DNA from: an uncultured Bacteriovorax sp.
GTDB lineage: Bacteria; Bdellovibrionota; UBA1018
Assembly (NCBI GenBank): GCA_964432565.1
Contig: CAYSOA010000001.1
Coordinates: 29,630 to 93,629 of the forward strand
Length of the DNA: 64,000 nucleotides
Direction: 5' to 3'
A model generated the notes under the pieces. The model was not told where the DNA came from, made no database searches, and saw nothing but the letters and a program-made list of their open reading frames with translations. This document shows, piece by piece, positions 42,645-53,111 of the stretch; position 1 is the first letter of the stretch, and the number at the start of each line of letters is the position of its first letter. A program made the position numbers and the translations under genes.

Positions 42645-44060
42645 ATGCGCACCGGACGATCGGCTTCAATGGGCTTTTGGGGGCAATTGGGGGTAGGCCT
42701 GCTTGGGTTGGCCATCCTTGCGTTGAGCTCACCCGCTTCGGCCGCTCGCTGGAGTCCGGTTCCGCAGTGGGATGCCCTGTGTTCGCAGCGCTTTGCCTCT
42801 CTTTTTGGTGAGCACGAGGCCGTTCTGGCGCAGTTTCGTCAAAAGGGGCTGCTTGGACTGAATCGTCAGGGCATCCTGAAGGTCGAGTCGGTTCTCGAAA
42901 AGCGCACATTGGGATCTTACTTCGGGCACGAGCAGCTGAAGAGTGATGTGGGAGCCTATTTCGAGATTCAGTGCCTGAAGTTCAAGTCAGACTGCAAGGA
43001 GCTGGTCTCTTGGTGGCGAGCCCATTCCGAACAGTACGTTGAGAATCCGAAGTTCATTTCAGTTTTTGCGGATCCCAAATGGACGATCAAGGATCTCTCC
43101 GAGCTGGCATCCAGCCAGTTCTACGCGGAGGTCGGGCGCACCAAGTCGAGCGTCTGGCGAGAGAAGTTTGGGTGGCTCTTTCACCCTAGGACGATCATCG
43201 CGACAGCCGGGGCCATCGGGGTATCGGTTGGCGCAAAGATTCTAGGAACGATCTATAACGCCGCAACCCTTGGCACTATGATGCGGCTCTGGAACGCGTA
43301 CACCGACGCGGCGGTGGCACCCATTGAGGCCTACCTTCGTCAGCAGGGGAATCGGCATTTGGGAGATCTCGCCGCCCACATTCAAGAATGGCTGATCGCC
43401 CGGGGACGGGCTCGCGAGGAGCTGGACGCCCTGAAGCAGGAAGCCGAGGAGGCCAAGGAGAAACTGCTGGGGAGCCGAGTCGATCCGGAGACCGCCACGC
43501 GGCTTTGGCAGGAGTTTCAAAACTACTTTTTTGGAAAATTTCTGCTCTTCCATCAGGGGCTACCAGGCGGCATTCGAGATGGACGTGCCTTCGTCTACGG
43601 TGCCGAGTTCGAAGAGCCCATGCTGATCGCAACCTTCATTTCGTCACGCTACGACGGATACCGTCAGGCAAGGCGAGAAGTTCGTGTCCTTGAGGAGCGT
43701 GTGGATTCTGGAAAGGCGAGTGAGTCGGAGCGCGAGGATTTGTTCGACCAGTATCGGTACATCGAGCTGCAAAAGAAGCAGATCGCATCGGGACTCGCCA
43801 TCTTTCTGATTCGAAAGTACATGTATCGGGACGATATTTTTAAGAATGTCTTCGAGAAGGACAAGGCCCTTCTGGTTCAGATGGACCAGATTCAGCACGA
43901 CCTGATCGCCGGAATGGGGATCAACTTCTTTATGGTTGAGTTTTTTCAGCAGCTCGAGGAAACCTTCAAGCAATACGAGCTGATCTTCCGCGCCGCCGAC
44001 ATGCAGGCCCAGCTGGCAATTGAGCAGGCAACGCAGAAGGGCTCGCAAAAGGCTCGCTAG
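42645..44060 (+). CDS. hypothetical secreted protein
   Basis: A 471-aa ORF with a signal peptide (LGVGLLGLAILALSSPASA). It is predicted to be largely helical, with no motif recognised. Confidence 0.45.
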   Translation: MRTGRSASMGFWGQLGVGLLGLAILALSSPASAARWSPVPQWDALCSQRFASLFGEHEAVLAQFRQKGLLGLNRQGILKVESVLEKRTLGSYFGHEQLKSDVGAYFEIQCLKFKSDCKELVSWWRAHSEQYVENPKFISVFADPKWTIKDLSELASSQFYAEVGRTKSSVWREKFGWLFHPRTIIATAGAIGVSVGAKILGTIYNAATLGTMMRLWNAYTDAAVAPIEAYLRQQGNRHLGDLAAHIQEWLIARGRAREELDALKQEAEEAKEKLLGSRVDPETATRLWQEFQNYFFGKFLLFHQGLPGGIRDGRAFVYGAEFEEPMLIATFISSRYDGYRQARREVRVLEERVDSGKASESEREDLFDQYRYIELQKKQIASGLAIFLIRKYMYRDDIFKNVFEKDKALLVQMDQIQHDLIAGMGINFFMVEFFQQLEETFKQYELIFRAADMQAQLAIEQATQKGSQKAR

Positions 44061-45742
44061 CCGGTCGCCATTTCGAGAAGCTCGGCCGCATTTTCGAGGC
44101 TTTTTCGAGTCAGCGCCTCTCCTCCCAGCATCCGCGCCAATTCCTCTTTTCGGGATCGCTTGTCGAGTTCACGCACCTCGGTCAGTGTTCGTCGTCCGTT
44201 GCTGGATTTTTGTACGACTAGATGGTGATCGCCGAAGGAGGCAACCTGAGGGAGGTGGGTGATGCAGATAACTTGATGGTCTGAAGCAACGGCTTTGAGC
44301 TTTTTGCCGACCTGAAACGCGGTCTGCCCGCCCATTCCTGAGTCAATTTCATCGAAAAGGTAGACTCCGATTCCACCACGAACCGATATGACCCTCCGGA
44401 TCGCCAGGAGAATTCGCGAGAGTTCACCCCCCGATGCGATCTTTCCGATGGGCTGAGCGTCCTCTCCCTGGTTCGTTCGAACTTTAAAGCAGACATCGTC
44501 CATTCCCCATGTTCCGAGCTGCTCGGTAGTCCTTTCGAGGCTCTGAATTTCGATCTCAAAAGAGCTATCCTTCATGTTCAGCTCGCGCAATTCACGCGTC
44601 ACCTGCATCGAAAGCTTTGCGGCCACCTTATGACGTTCACGAGAGAGCTCGTCTGCAATGGCGCGGGCGATCGAGGATTCGGATTCGATCTGTGTTTCGA
44701 GCTCAGCCGAGCGTTCCTCGTGGCGGTCGAGATCACGCAACTCATTGTCCAGCCTTTCCAGGGTTTTGAGCATCTGGGTCGAATCCTCTCCGTACTTTCG
44801 GCGAAGCTCCGCAATCCTGGCCAGTCGCTCCAGGATCTGATCCAGTCGGCTCGGGTCGTGGTCGATGGTGTTTTCGTAGCGGCGCAGGGCGAGCGAGCTG
44901 TCTTCGATTTCGACTAGAGCCCGCTGCAGCGACTCCAGAACACGACTCATGGATGGATCGATCTCGGCCAGCGTCTGGGTCTTGTGAACGGCTTGTTGCA
45001 GCCACTGAAGAGCATTCCCTTCCTCGCCATCCTCGAGAAGTCCGTGCAAATGCGATAGAGTTTGGATTCGAAACTTGGCCGACTGCAATAAGGACTTTTC
45101 GTGCTGGAGCGATTCTTCCTCGTTCGGCTGGAGGTCGGCTTCGCGAAGCTCGTCCACCTGAAATCTCAGGAAGTCGAGTCGCTGGAGGCGCGTGGCCTCC
45201 TGTTCCTTTAGTTTTTTGAGATCCTGAGTCAGCGCCTTCAGCTTCAGAAGGTGCTGTTGGTAGCGGTCACGAAGTTCAAGAAGGCCTGCGGATCGGTCCA
45301 GAAGATCGATCTGGGTGCCCGGTCGAAGCAGAGACTGGTGCTCGTGTTGGCTACAGAGATCCACCAGACCTGAGCAAAGGGTCTGAAGGTTTCCGAGGGT
45401 GGCCAGCTCGCCATTGATGGTGATTCGGTGTTTGCCCGTTCGATGCACCGTTCGTTTGATCAGAAGCTGATGTTTCTCGATCTGGGGAAATCCTAATGCG
45501 GGAAGTCGATCATGAATCTCGGGGAGCCTCTCGAGATCAAAAACTCCCTCAATAATCGCCTCCGCGCAGCCGGCTCGAATCAGGGAGCTTGAGGCCCGAC
45601 TCCCCAGCAAGAGAGAAATGGCCTCAATGACGATCGACTTTCCGGCCCCGGTTTCCCCTGAGAGGATATTCAGGCCCGTGCGAAAGGGAATCTCGGCATG
45701 ATCGATGACAGCAAGGTTTCTGATTTGAAGGTTTTCAAGCAT
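44057..45742 (-). CDS. recN: DNA repair protein RecN
   Basis: An SMC-like N-terminal Walker A (GETGAGKS), a long coiled coil, a C-terminal signature/Walker B and a 561-aa length match RecN. Confidence 0.85.
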   Translation of the reverse strand: MLENLQIRNLAVIDHAEIPFRTGLNILSGETGAGKSIVIEAISLLLGSRASSSLIRAGCAEAIIEGVFDLERLPEIHDRLPALGFPQIEKHQLLIKRTVHRTGKHRITINGELATLGNLQTLCSGLVDLCSQHEHQSLLRPGTQIDLLDRSAGLLELRDRYQQHLLKLKALTQDLKKLKEQEATRLQRLDFLRFQVDELREADLQPNEEESLQHEKSLLQSAKFRIQTLSHLHGLLEDGEEGNALQWLQQAVHKTQTLAEIDPSMSRVLESLQRALVEIEDSSLALRRYENTIDHDPSRLDQILERLARIAELRRKYGEDSTQMLKTLERLDNELRDLDRHEERSAELETQIESESSIARAIADELSRERHKVAAKLSMQVTRELRELNMKDSSFEIEIQSLERTTEQLGTWGMDDVCFKVRTNQGEDAQPIGKIASGGELSRILLAIRRVISVRGGIGVYLFDEIDSGMGGQTAFQVGKKLKAVASDHQVICITHLPQVASFGDHHLVVQKSSNGRRTLTEVRELDKRSRKEELARMLGGEALTRKSLENAAELLEMATG

Positions 45743-45805
45743 GGTTGACCCCCGACTTACGGCTTACTTACGGTATGCCAGAGGGGGGCCTGTCTGGCAA
45801 GAGGG

Positions 45806-46735
45806 TCAGTCGCGATGACCGAATTTTAGCTTTTCGCGCAGCAGTCCGAAGTAGTCCCGGTCGGGTGACGAGACGATCTGCAGGTCGTGCTTGCGGAACC
45901 GTTGAATCGAAACCCGGTCGCCCTCTTTCAGGTCGACCACGTCCTGGCCATCCAAGGTCAGCAGCACATGGCCCGGGCGATGGAGCAGGGTCATCTCAAC
46001 GGTAGAAGTATCACTGATGACGAGCGGTCTCTGGGTCAGCGAGTGGGGGCAGATCGCCGTGATCACGAGGGCGGGTAGCGAGGGTTCGAGAATCGGACCC
46101 CCTGCCGCGAGCGAGTACGCCGTCGAGCCCGTGGGGGTGCTCACAATGACTCCATCGGCGCGAATGTGCGTCACGTCTCGATCGTTGATGCGAACTTCGA
46201 TTCCGATGATTCGCGCGATCGCTCCCTTTGAGATGACGGCGTCGTTGACCACCGGCCCCTGAAACACCGTTCGTCCCTTGCGTCGCACGGTCACTTCGAG
46301 CAGCGAGCGCCGACTGATGACCGGGGCGGCTCCGTCGATCAGGGCCGAAAGCGTCGTTACGGCCTCGGATTTTTTGATCTCCGTCAGGAACCCCAGCTGT
46401 CCCATGTTCACGCCGAGAACGGGAATGCTGCGATTCTTCATTAATCGCGCAATGCTGAGGAAGGTTCCATCACCGCCCAGCACGACGATCAGGTCGCAGA
46501 GGTCAACGAGCCTCGGCTTCTTGACGACACGAACCCGGGACTTCGTCACCGAGTGTTCACGAACGAGGCGGGTTGCCAGCAGACGACTTTCATCAGCGAA
46601 AAAGACCTGCCTGCCTCGAGAGTCTCTGCCATGGGTCAGAACAAAGTCGGCCAGTCGCAGGCAAAGCTCGGCTGCCTGGGCGTGATGATGTTTCACGACG
46701 AAACCGACGCGTTTTCCCACGGTTTTCAAGGTCAT
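45806..46735 (-). CDS. nadK: NAD kinase
   Basis: The GGDGT motif (IVVLGGDGTFL) and an NE/D short motif are present. The start is chosen at MTLKTV; the ORF is open further upstream to 47161. Confidence 0.8.
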   Translation of the reverse strand: MTLKTVGKRVGFVVKHHHAQAAELCLRLADFVLTHGRDSRGRQVFFADESRLLATRLVREHSVTKSRVRVVKKPRLVDLCDLIVVLGGDGTFLSIARLMKNRSIPVLGVNMGQLGFLTEIKKSEAVTTLSALIDGAAPVISRRSLLEVTVRRKGRTVFQGPVVNDAVISKGAIARIIGIEVRINDRDVTHIRADGVIVSTPTGSTAYSLAAGGPILEPSLPALVITAICPHSLTQRPLVISDTSTVEMTLLHRPGHVLLTLDGQDVVDLKEGDRVSIQRFRKHDLQIVSSPDRDYFGLLREKLKFGHRD

Positions 46736-46781
46736 GCCTTTTAGGATAAGCAATCCAGACGGGTTTTGGGAGGCTGAAAGC

Positions 46782-48083
46782 ATGGATTTATTTTCGGGTT
46801 CGGAGGGAGACGGGGAGTCGGCAGCCGGTGCCGCATCGGCGCCGCTGGCACATCGGATGCGCCCGCGCGATCTGGAGGACTGGCTGGGGCACGAGCGCCT
46901 CGTTGCTCCCGGCAAGCCTCTGCGCCAATGGATTGATGCCGACCGGATTCCGTCGCTGATTCTCTGGGGTCCCCCCGGTTGTGGAAAGACGAGCTTCGGC
47001 AAACTTCTGGCACGAAGAACGCAATCTCGTTTCGTAGTCCTTAGCGCCGTGACGGCCGGAGTGAAGGATCTGAAGGAAAAGGGTGAGGAAGCCAGGACCC
47101 AATCGGCCCTGTACCGTCGAAAGACGATGCTCTTCATTGATGAGATCCATCGTTTCAGCAAGTCCCAGCAGGATGCCCTGCTGCCTTACGTCGAAGAGGG
47201 TGCGGTCACGCTCATCGGAGCGACCACCGAGAATCCATCTTTTGAGCTGAACTCAGCCCTTTTGTCGCGTGTCCGAGTGATCCGGCTGCAGCCACTCGAT
47301 GATGCTGCGCTCGTTCAGCTCCTGGAGCGGGCCCTTGTCGATCCAGAGAGGGGACTAGGCGGGATTCTAAAGATCTGTCGAGACGGACTGGAGTTCATCG
47401 CGCGCTGTTCGGAGGGCGATGCCCGCCGAGCCCTGACCGCACTCGAGAGTCTGGCCCTGATGGCTGGTGAGCAGGAACTTGACCTCGATGCAGTCATGCG
47501 TTTTCTCGGAGATTCTTCGGGGCTGGCTCGGCAGCCGATTTCCTACGACAAGTCCGGAGAGGAGCACTACAACGTTGTTTCGGCCTTCATCAAGAGCATC
47601 CGCCAGAACGATCCGGACGCCGGCCTTTACTACCTGGCGCGGATGATCGAAGGGGGAGAGGATCCGATTTTCATCGCTCGGCGACTCGTGATTCTTGCGT
47701 CGGAGGACGTCGGAAACGCCGATCCCCGCGGCCTGCAGGTCGCCATCGCGGCAAAGGAGGCCGTGGAGTTCATCGGCATGCCCGAGGGCCGAATTCCGCT
47801 TGCGCAGGCCGTGACTTATCTGTCGCTTGCTCCCAAGAGTCGCGCCTCCTACGACGGCATTGGTGCAGCACTTGACGAGGTTCGCTCTACCGGAGCCCTT
47901 CCGGTTCCGATGCACCTGAGAAACGCCGTCACGAAGTTGATGCAACAGCAGGGTTACGGCGAGGGTTACGGCAGAGTGCGGCAGCACCTACCGGAGAAAA
48001 TCGCCGGCAGCGCGTACTACCATCCCACCGAAAACGGCCTCGAAAAGCAGATGAAGGAAAAGCTCCAGCGCTTGAAATCGTGA
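46782..48083 (+). CDS. rarA: replication-associated recombination protein A (AAA+ ATPase)
   Basis: A Walker A (GPPGCGKTS), a Walker B (LFIDEIHRF) and a MgsA C-terminal domain are present. The start is MDLFSG; the ORF is open from 46734. Confidence 0.8.
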   Translation: MDLFSGSEGDGESAAGAASAPLAHRMRPRDLEDWLGHERLVAPGKPLRQWIDADRIPSLILWGPPGCGKTSFGKLLARRTQSRFVVLSAVTAGVKDLKEKGEEARTQSALYRRKTMLFIDEIHRFSKSQQDALLPYVEEGAVTLIGATTENPSFELNSALLSRVRVIRLQPLDDAALVQLLERALVDPERGLGGILKICRDGLEFIARCSEGDARRALTALESLALMAGEQELDLDAVMRFLGDSSGLARQPISYDKSGEEHYNVVSAFIKSIRQNDPDAGLYYLARMIEGGEDPIFIARRLVILASEDVGNADPRGLQVAIAAKEAVEFIGMPEGRIPLAQAVTYLSLAPKSRASYDGIGAALDEVRSTGALPVPMHLRNAVTKLMQQQGYGEGYGRVRQHLPEKIAGSAYYHPTENGLEKQMKEKLQRLKS

Positions 48084-49354
48084 CGAGTGGGCAGTTTCGG
48101 CCGATTGACAGGGTCTTCGCCGGTTCTCAGACTGATAGATCGGGGGGCCTTTCAATGGGTGTTTTGGATCATCGTCCCGGGAGCAGCGGGGATCTTGGCG
48201 AGGCTGCGGCACTGGAGTCGTCAGTGGCCGGATTCTCTACGGCGGCCGACCTCCTGGAGCGGCAGGGGCAGGAGATGGTCCAGCAGGCCACCCGGCTCTT
48301 TCGTGAGACCGCAGCTCTCAAGGCTCTGGTGCAGAGGCTTATTGATGAGCGCACTCGGCTTCGTCGTGAGCTGGCCGATGGTCAGGGACGACTCGAAGAG
48401 TCGGGACGGATGCAACGAACCCAGTTCGACAAGATTTCCAGTCTTGAAGGAGCCCTCGGCCGGCTTCAGGAACGCATTCGGGAGGTCGAGCAGGTCCATG
48501 CTCGTGAACGCAGGTTGATGCGGGAGCAGCTGCTTCAGCGTGATGGAACCATCGCGGAGTTGAGAGGTGCATTGCAGGCAGCTGGCCAGCGACATGAGGA
48601 GACACGAGGCCAGATGGATTCACTCGAAAGACAGGTCGAGAGAAATGATTTGAGACTTCAGGAACTGCAGGGAAGTGCCGCGACGCTGCGGTCCGAGCTA
48701 TCTGAGGCACAGGCGAAAGCGCAGAAGAGCGAGCAGGATCGCAAGCAGCTCGAAGCCCGCCTGTCCGAGCAACGGAAGAGTTTTGAGTCCTATTCGCGCG
48801 AGTGTGCAAGGCGATTCGAACAGCTGAAGAGCGTCCTTCAGAGATCCAGGCAGAGGGGCGTGGCGGCAGATTCCGAAAATTCGGCACTCCGGAGGGAGTT
48901 GCAGCTGCGCGATGATCGCCTGAGGAGTGCCGTCAGAAGCAATGCCGAGCTTCGAACAGAAATGCAGGCTCCGGGCAGCGTGGCTTCGATGAGGGCCCAT
49001 CTGGATGCCCGAAATCAGGATCTGGAGGCTTTGGAGCGCAGACGACAGGAAGAGGTGGCCGTGCTCGTCCAGCAAGTGGAAATCGAAAGGCGTCGAAGCG
49101 AATCCGTGGAGTCGATGAATCAATCAAGGATTCTTGAGCTGGAGGAGCAGATTCGCGGCCTACTCGCTGCCAATCGTGAACTGCGGCGGGCTTCATCAGG
49201 CGAGGCTCGAGAGCCCCATCGACGGGATGAAGTTTCTCCCCTTGTTCGAGGGGCTCGATCCGCAGTGCGATTCGACGATGATACGTCGGATTTGTATCTG
49301 TCCGATACGACCGCTTCCGAGAATCTCCCGAGGAAGCCTCTTTTCACGAATTGA
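48080..49354 (+). CDS. hypothetical coiled-coil protein
   Basis: A 424-aa R/E/L/Q-rich coiled coil. The start is uncertain. Confidence 0.35.
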   Translation: MTSGQFRPIDRVFAGSQTDRSGGLSMGVLDHRPGSSGDLGEAAALESSVAGFSTAADLLERQGQEMVQQATRLFRETAALKALVQRLIDERTRLRRELADGQGRLEESGRMQRTQFDKISSLEGALGRLQERIREVEQVHARERRLMREQLLQRDGTIAELRGALQAAGQRHEETRGQMDSLERQVERNDLRLQELQGSAATLRSELSEAQAKAQKSEQDRKQLEARLSEQRKSFESYSRECARRFEQLKSVLQRSRQRGVAADSENSALRRELQLRDDRLRSAVRSNAELRTEMQAPGSVASMRAHLDARNQDLEALERRRQEEVAVLVQQVEIERRRSESVESMNQSRILELEEQIRGLLAANRELRRASSGEAREPHRRDEVSPLVRGARSAVRFDDDTSDLYLSDTTASENLPRKPLFTN

Positions 49355-49373
49355 ACCGTTCGCTTGAAAGGGT

Positions 49374-51086
49374 CTACGGAAGCGGAGTGAGCTGGGGAGA
49401 CTCGACCATCATGGGTCGCGCCAATCTCAGCGTATGGGCCAGCCAGGTGCGAAGGAGCTCCGCCCCTCGTTCTATTTGCTGCCATGCGGCCGCCGTCTCT
49501 CGACTGACATCAGAGATGTGATCGTCCGAAAGATTGTGCATCATCACCTTCAGGAGCGTCGAGAAGCCCAAAAGATGCGGATCTGCTGCGCTGAGCCGGT
49601 CCACCAGCTTCTGAAGTTCGAGAATTCGTCGCCCCTGGGTCTCAAGATCACGGCGATCGTCGATCGACATGATCGTGGAAGACTTGAGCTGCTGTGTCCT
49701 ACGGGTCATCTCCTGGGCACTGCGAAGCGCCTCTCCTGCAACGCGAATCAGGACCGACGACGACTCTTCGATTGCACGAAGGTCCTGTAGAAGCACCGGT
49801 CGAATCGAAGCTCTGCGGATCTCAGAGCCGACTTCAGCGGTCCAGCCGCAGTACCAGAGCCTTGCAAGCTGGCCGTTGACTACTGCAAGCCATTCTCGCG
49901 GTGTAAGGGGACGATTGAATTCGCTTTCATGGGTTACGCCGCCACCGTCGTCGGACGGCCTGATCCGGGAGCTCCTCACATCGATCCAGTCGGCAATTCT
50001 ATCGTATCCGAGCAGGGAGAGGTGCTCTTCGAAGGTACGCGACCGACGGTGGGACCACTCAAAGTGACTATACGACCACGCTGCGTACAAGGCCTCTGGA
50101 GTCAGTGGTACGGATACATCCGTGGGGGAGAGGATCAGATGTCCGTTTCCGTAGGGTGCACGGATGGTTTCGGGGTGGTGAGAGTCGTAGAGCCGGATGG
50201 TTCGGGTCCCTAGTGCCGCCGCGAGGTCTCCTGGAAAGCGGGAGGCCGTGATGACCCACTGGCACTGAGACAGACAGTCGATCCAGAGGTCGAGATCGGT
50301 CTCTCCCACCAAGTTGAGCATTCGACGGGGATGGGTCGGCAGCTGGGAGGCCAAATCTCGAAAAGACGGCTCTCCTAGAAGGACGAGATGCACTTCAGGA
50401 TGGCGCTCCAGAATCAGGTTGACGGCTTTCGACCACTGCCGTGCGTTCCAGAAGGAGTCGAGCTGAACACCAACCCAGATGCGCTCGGGATCGAGCAGAC
50501 GATCTCCGGCCGTTTGCAGCGAGGCGAAGAAGTCGGGTCCGGTGACTGCCTGATTTCCGGCGTCAATCGGATCTCCATGATTTCTTTGAAGTGCCGTGAG
50601 GAGCTGCGTGGTGAGAATATCCACCAGATGAATGTTCTGGGGAATCTCCTGCTGGACGTAGGCTTGAATGAACTGGCTCCAGCCGTCACCGCTTGAAAAA
50701 TCGAGATCGGAACGTCGTGAGTATCCGATTCGTTCATGCGCAGGAATGAGGGCCGAGAGCATGCTGCTGGAGTCCGAAAAGCTCCAGTTGACGAGCAGGT
50801 CCCAAGGGTCCGCTCCGATTCGCGAGATCCATCCGGCCGACTCCTTCAGAAGTTCGTCAGCCGCCTTTGCTCCGGAGCGATGGGTGCGTGCCCAGCGGGC
50901 TGCAGGAAGGTCAACCACCTCGCGAACCCACTGTGTCGCTTTCGCCACGTCGGAGGCGTCCTCACGGCAGACCATCGTGATGTCGAGCCGCGGGTAGAGC
51001 TGCTTTGCGGCCTTCAGGGCGATCATTGACTGCACGATCTCGGAGCGATCTCCAAGCTGAAGGACCAGGCACCGAATGATATTCAC
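49374..51086 (-). CDS. glycosyltransferase family 9 (heptosyltransferase-like) protein with C-terminal extension
   Basis: The N-terminus MNIIRCLVLQLGDRSEIVQSMIALKAAKQLYPRLDITMVC resembles the GT9 start (MKILIIRLSALGDV...). A GT-B C-terminal half (EVHLVLLGEP...) is present, followed by an extra domain of about 200 aa. Confidence 0.45.
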   Translation of the reverse strand: MNIIRCLVLQLGDRSEIVQSMIALKAAKQLYPRLDITMVCREDASDVAKATQWVREVVDLPAARWARTHRSGAKAADELLKESAGWISRIGADPWDLLVNWSFSDSSSMLSALIPAHERIGYSRRSDLDFSSGDGWSQFIQAYVQQEIPQNIHLVDILTTQLLTALQRNHGDPIDAGNQAVTGPDFFASLQTAGDRLLDPERIWVGVQLDSFWNARQWSKAVNLILERHPEVHLVLLGEPSFRDLASQLPTHPRRMLNLVGETDLDLWIDCLSQCQWVITASRFPGDLAAALGTRTIRLYDSHHPETIRAPYGNGHLILSPTDVSVPLTPEALYAAWSYSHFEWSHRRSRTFEEHLSLLGYDRIADWIDVRSSRIRPSDDGGGVTHESEFNRPLTPREWLAVVNGQLARLWYCGWTAEVGSEIRRASIRPVLLQDLRAIEESSSVLIRVAGEALRSAQEMTRRTQQLKSSTIMSIDDRRDLETQGRRILELQKLVDRLSAADPHLLGFSTLLKVMMHNLSDDHISDVSRETAAAWQQIERGAELLRTWLAHTLRLARPMMVESPQLTPLP

Positions 51087-51153
51087 TGCCCATCCTCCTC
51101 TTCAGCGAGGGCCTTCAGGAATGCGAGCAGAAGTGCTTCTACCTGCTCATCCG

Positions 51154-52173
51154 TCATTTTTGCCCCTTTTCCGGCTGCGCGACTGCATATCGGTCCATGA
51201 GCCTGGAGAGTTCGTTCGCACCCGCATGTGCAGGCTGGATCTGGAGGATCTTTAGCACGGTGGTGCGTGCTTCCTCGATTCTCCCCAGGTGGAACTGTAG
51301 TCCGGAAAGGCTATAGAGAAGGTTTGCGTTCACGGGGGCAATCTCGACATAGTCCCCAAGAAGTCTGGCTGCAGTGGCGTAGCTCCGAATCTCATAGGCG
51401 CATTTGACGAGGTGGTAAATGGCGTTCGGCTGGTGGATGTCCAGCTGCAGCGATTTCGCGAACTGATCATGGGCTTCGCGCTTTCTGCCCTCGGCGAGGA
51501 AGGCGGCGCCCAGTCCGGCAAGCGCGCGAGAGTTCGAAGGGTTTGCCACGAGGGCATCCTCGAAACAGCGTTGGGCATCTCGAATGCGACCTGACTGGAG
51601 ATAAAGTGCTCCCAGGTTCGAGCAGATCTGATCGCTGGTGGGATCGATGGCCAGTGCCCGTTTGTAGTGGTGCTCGGCCTTTTCGGTACGCTGGGCGCGC
51701 ATCCAGCAGTTTCCGCACGCCTTGTGGACTTCAAATCGAGTTTTTTGTGACAGTTCCCGCACGTTCAACGCGCGTTCGAGCGTGTCAGCGGCAGCTGCGT
51801 GGTTCTGCTCGCGAATCTCAAGGACCGCAAGGCAGCGATAGGCCTCGAAGTGTGATTCGTAGGCGATGGCATCTTGATAGGCTCTTCGAGCCTTGGTGGA
51901 TTGGTTCTCCTGTTCGAATGTCCTGCCTAGGGCACGAAGCGCCCAGCCGGCAAGGGTTCCGCTTCGGACCATGGCCAGAAGGACATTGCGCGCGAGGGCC
52001 AGATCTCCGGCGGCCAGCAGGATCTCGGCACTCGACTTGAGCTCGTCGGCGTCCGGCGTAAACGGCTCCTCTTCGTCACGGGTCAGGCTACCGGGCATCT
52101 CTGCCGTGGAGGGCGAGTTCAGTCGTCCGAGAAGTTCTTCGACGGTAAGGTTTCGCGTGAAGTCGAGATTCAT
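51154..52173 (-). CDS. TPR repeat protein
   Basis: About eight 34-aa TPR units are present (AxxxYxxAL...P pattern throughout). Confidence 0.6.
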   Translation of the reverse strand: MNLDFTRNLTVEELLGRLNSPSTAEMPGSLTRDEEEPFTPDADELKSSAEILLAAGDLALARNVLLAMVRSGTLAGWALRALGRTFEQENQSTKARRAYQDAIAYESHFEAYRCLAVLEIREQNHAAAADTLERALNVRELSQKTRFEVHKACGNCWMRAQRTEKAEHHYKRALAIDPTSDQICSNLGALYLQSGRIRDAQRCFEDALVANPSNSRALAGLGAAFLAEGRKREAHDQFAKSLQLDIHQPNAIYHLVKCAYEIRSYATAARLLGDYVEIAPVNANLLYSLSGLQFHLGRIEEARTTVLKILQIQPAHAGANELSRLMDRYAVAQPEKGQK

Positions 52174-52634
52174 AACGTCTGATCCAGCCCTTCTCCCTGT
52201 TCGGGAAGTTGCTGGCTCTTGAACTTGGAAAGGGTATCCTTCATCCGGGACTGTTCCCGTGCGTCCTGCGAAAGGGCCGATCGCGCCGCAAGGATGACCC
52301 CAAGAATGCGGTCGTCGAGTTCCCGGAGCGATGAAGAAAGCCGCCGTTGTTCGTCCAGCTCACATCGAATCGCGGTGGCAGATTCGGGCGAGTGGCGAAG
52401 ATCCTTTGCAAGTTCGTTGAGTCGGGTGTCGGCGAGCTGGATGGCCGTGAAGGCGCGGTTGCGATTCTGGTCGAGTTGATCCAGCAGAAGAATCAGCCCG
52501 TCCGGGCGAGCACCGGGTGCGATTTCCCGTGTCGCTGCCTCCAGGAAAGACCTTGAGTCTTCCACCATCTGCACGAGGCAGCGAGTCCTGCCCTTGAGCA
52601 GGGAATAAACGTCTTGGTGCACATCCATATGCAA
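52170..52634 (-). CDS. hypothetical protein, possibly flagellar chaperone (FliT/FlgN-like) by position
   Basis: A 154-aa helical protein immediately downstream of fliS in the same orientation. The assignment is by context only. Confidence 0.3.
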   Translation of the reverse strand: MHMDVHQDVYSLLKGRTRCLVQMVEDSRSFLEAATREIAPGARPDGLILLLDQLDQNRNRAFTAIQLADTRLNELAKDLRHSPESATAIRCELDEQRRLSSSLRELDDRILGVILAARSALSQDAREQSRMKDTLSKFKSQQLPEQGEGLDQTL

Positions 52635-52651
52635 ATCCGTACGTTGTTCGG

Positions 52652-53077
52652 TCAGCCCGGGCTTCCTTCCGGACCGCTGTTCTGGGGCTGTCCTCGGTTG
52701 ACCTGATCTACGGCCACCCGCCAGCCCTCGAGAAGAGTCTCCATCAACTTCTGCACGTGTTGCAACGGCTCTTTTTGGTTTTCCACGTTGGCCTTCACGA
52801 GCTGCTCGGACATGAACATGTAGAGGCGCTCGAGATTCATGGCGATCTCACCACCTGTTTCGAAGTCGAGCGTATTCATCAATTCATTCACGATATCATG
52901 AGCCTTGAGGATGGCCTGGCCCTTTCCGGGGATGTCCTTTCGATCGATGCAGTCCGACGCTTTCTTGACGCTTCGGATTGCGGATTCATAGAGCATGATC
53001 AGAAGCTGGCCGCGATTGGCCGTCTTGATCGAGGTCTGCTTGTACTGGTTGGCTCCGTAGTTGACTGCCATCGTCAT
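52652..53077 (-). CDS. fliS: flagellar export chaperone FliS
   Basis: A FliS-family pattern and a 141-aa length match; the gene lies directly downstream of fliD. Confidence 0.7.
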   Translation of the reverse strand: MTMAVNYGANQYKQTSIKTANRGQLLIMLYESAIRSVKKASDCIDRKDIPGKGQAILKAHDIVNELMNTLDFETGGEIAMNLERLYMFMSEQLVKANVENQKEPLQHVQKLMETLLEGWRVAVDQVNRGQPQNSGPEGSPG

Positions 53078-53111
53078 TTTCCTTTGATTGATTAGGGTTC
53101 ACTTCGTTACA

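Noticed and set aside
45806-47161. 451-aa extended NAD kinase ORF
   Set aside because: The N-terminal 140 aa are Arg/Ser/Pro-rich out-of-frame-like sequence overlapping the divergent rarA start. The kinase homology begins at MTLKTV (start 46735).
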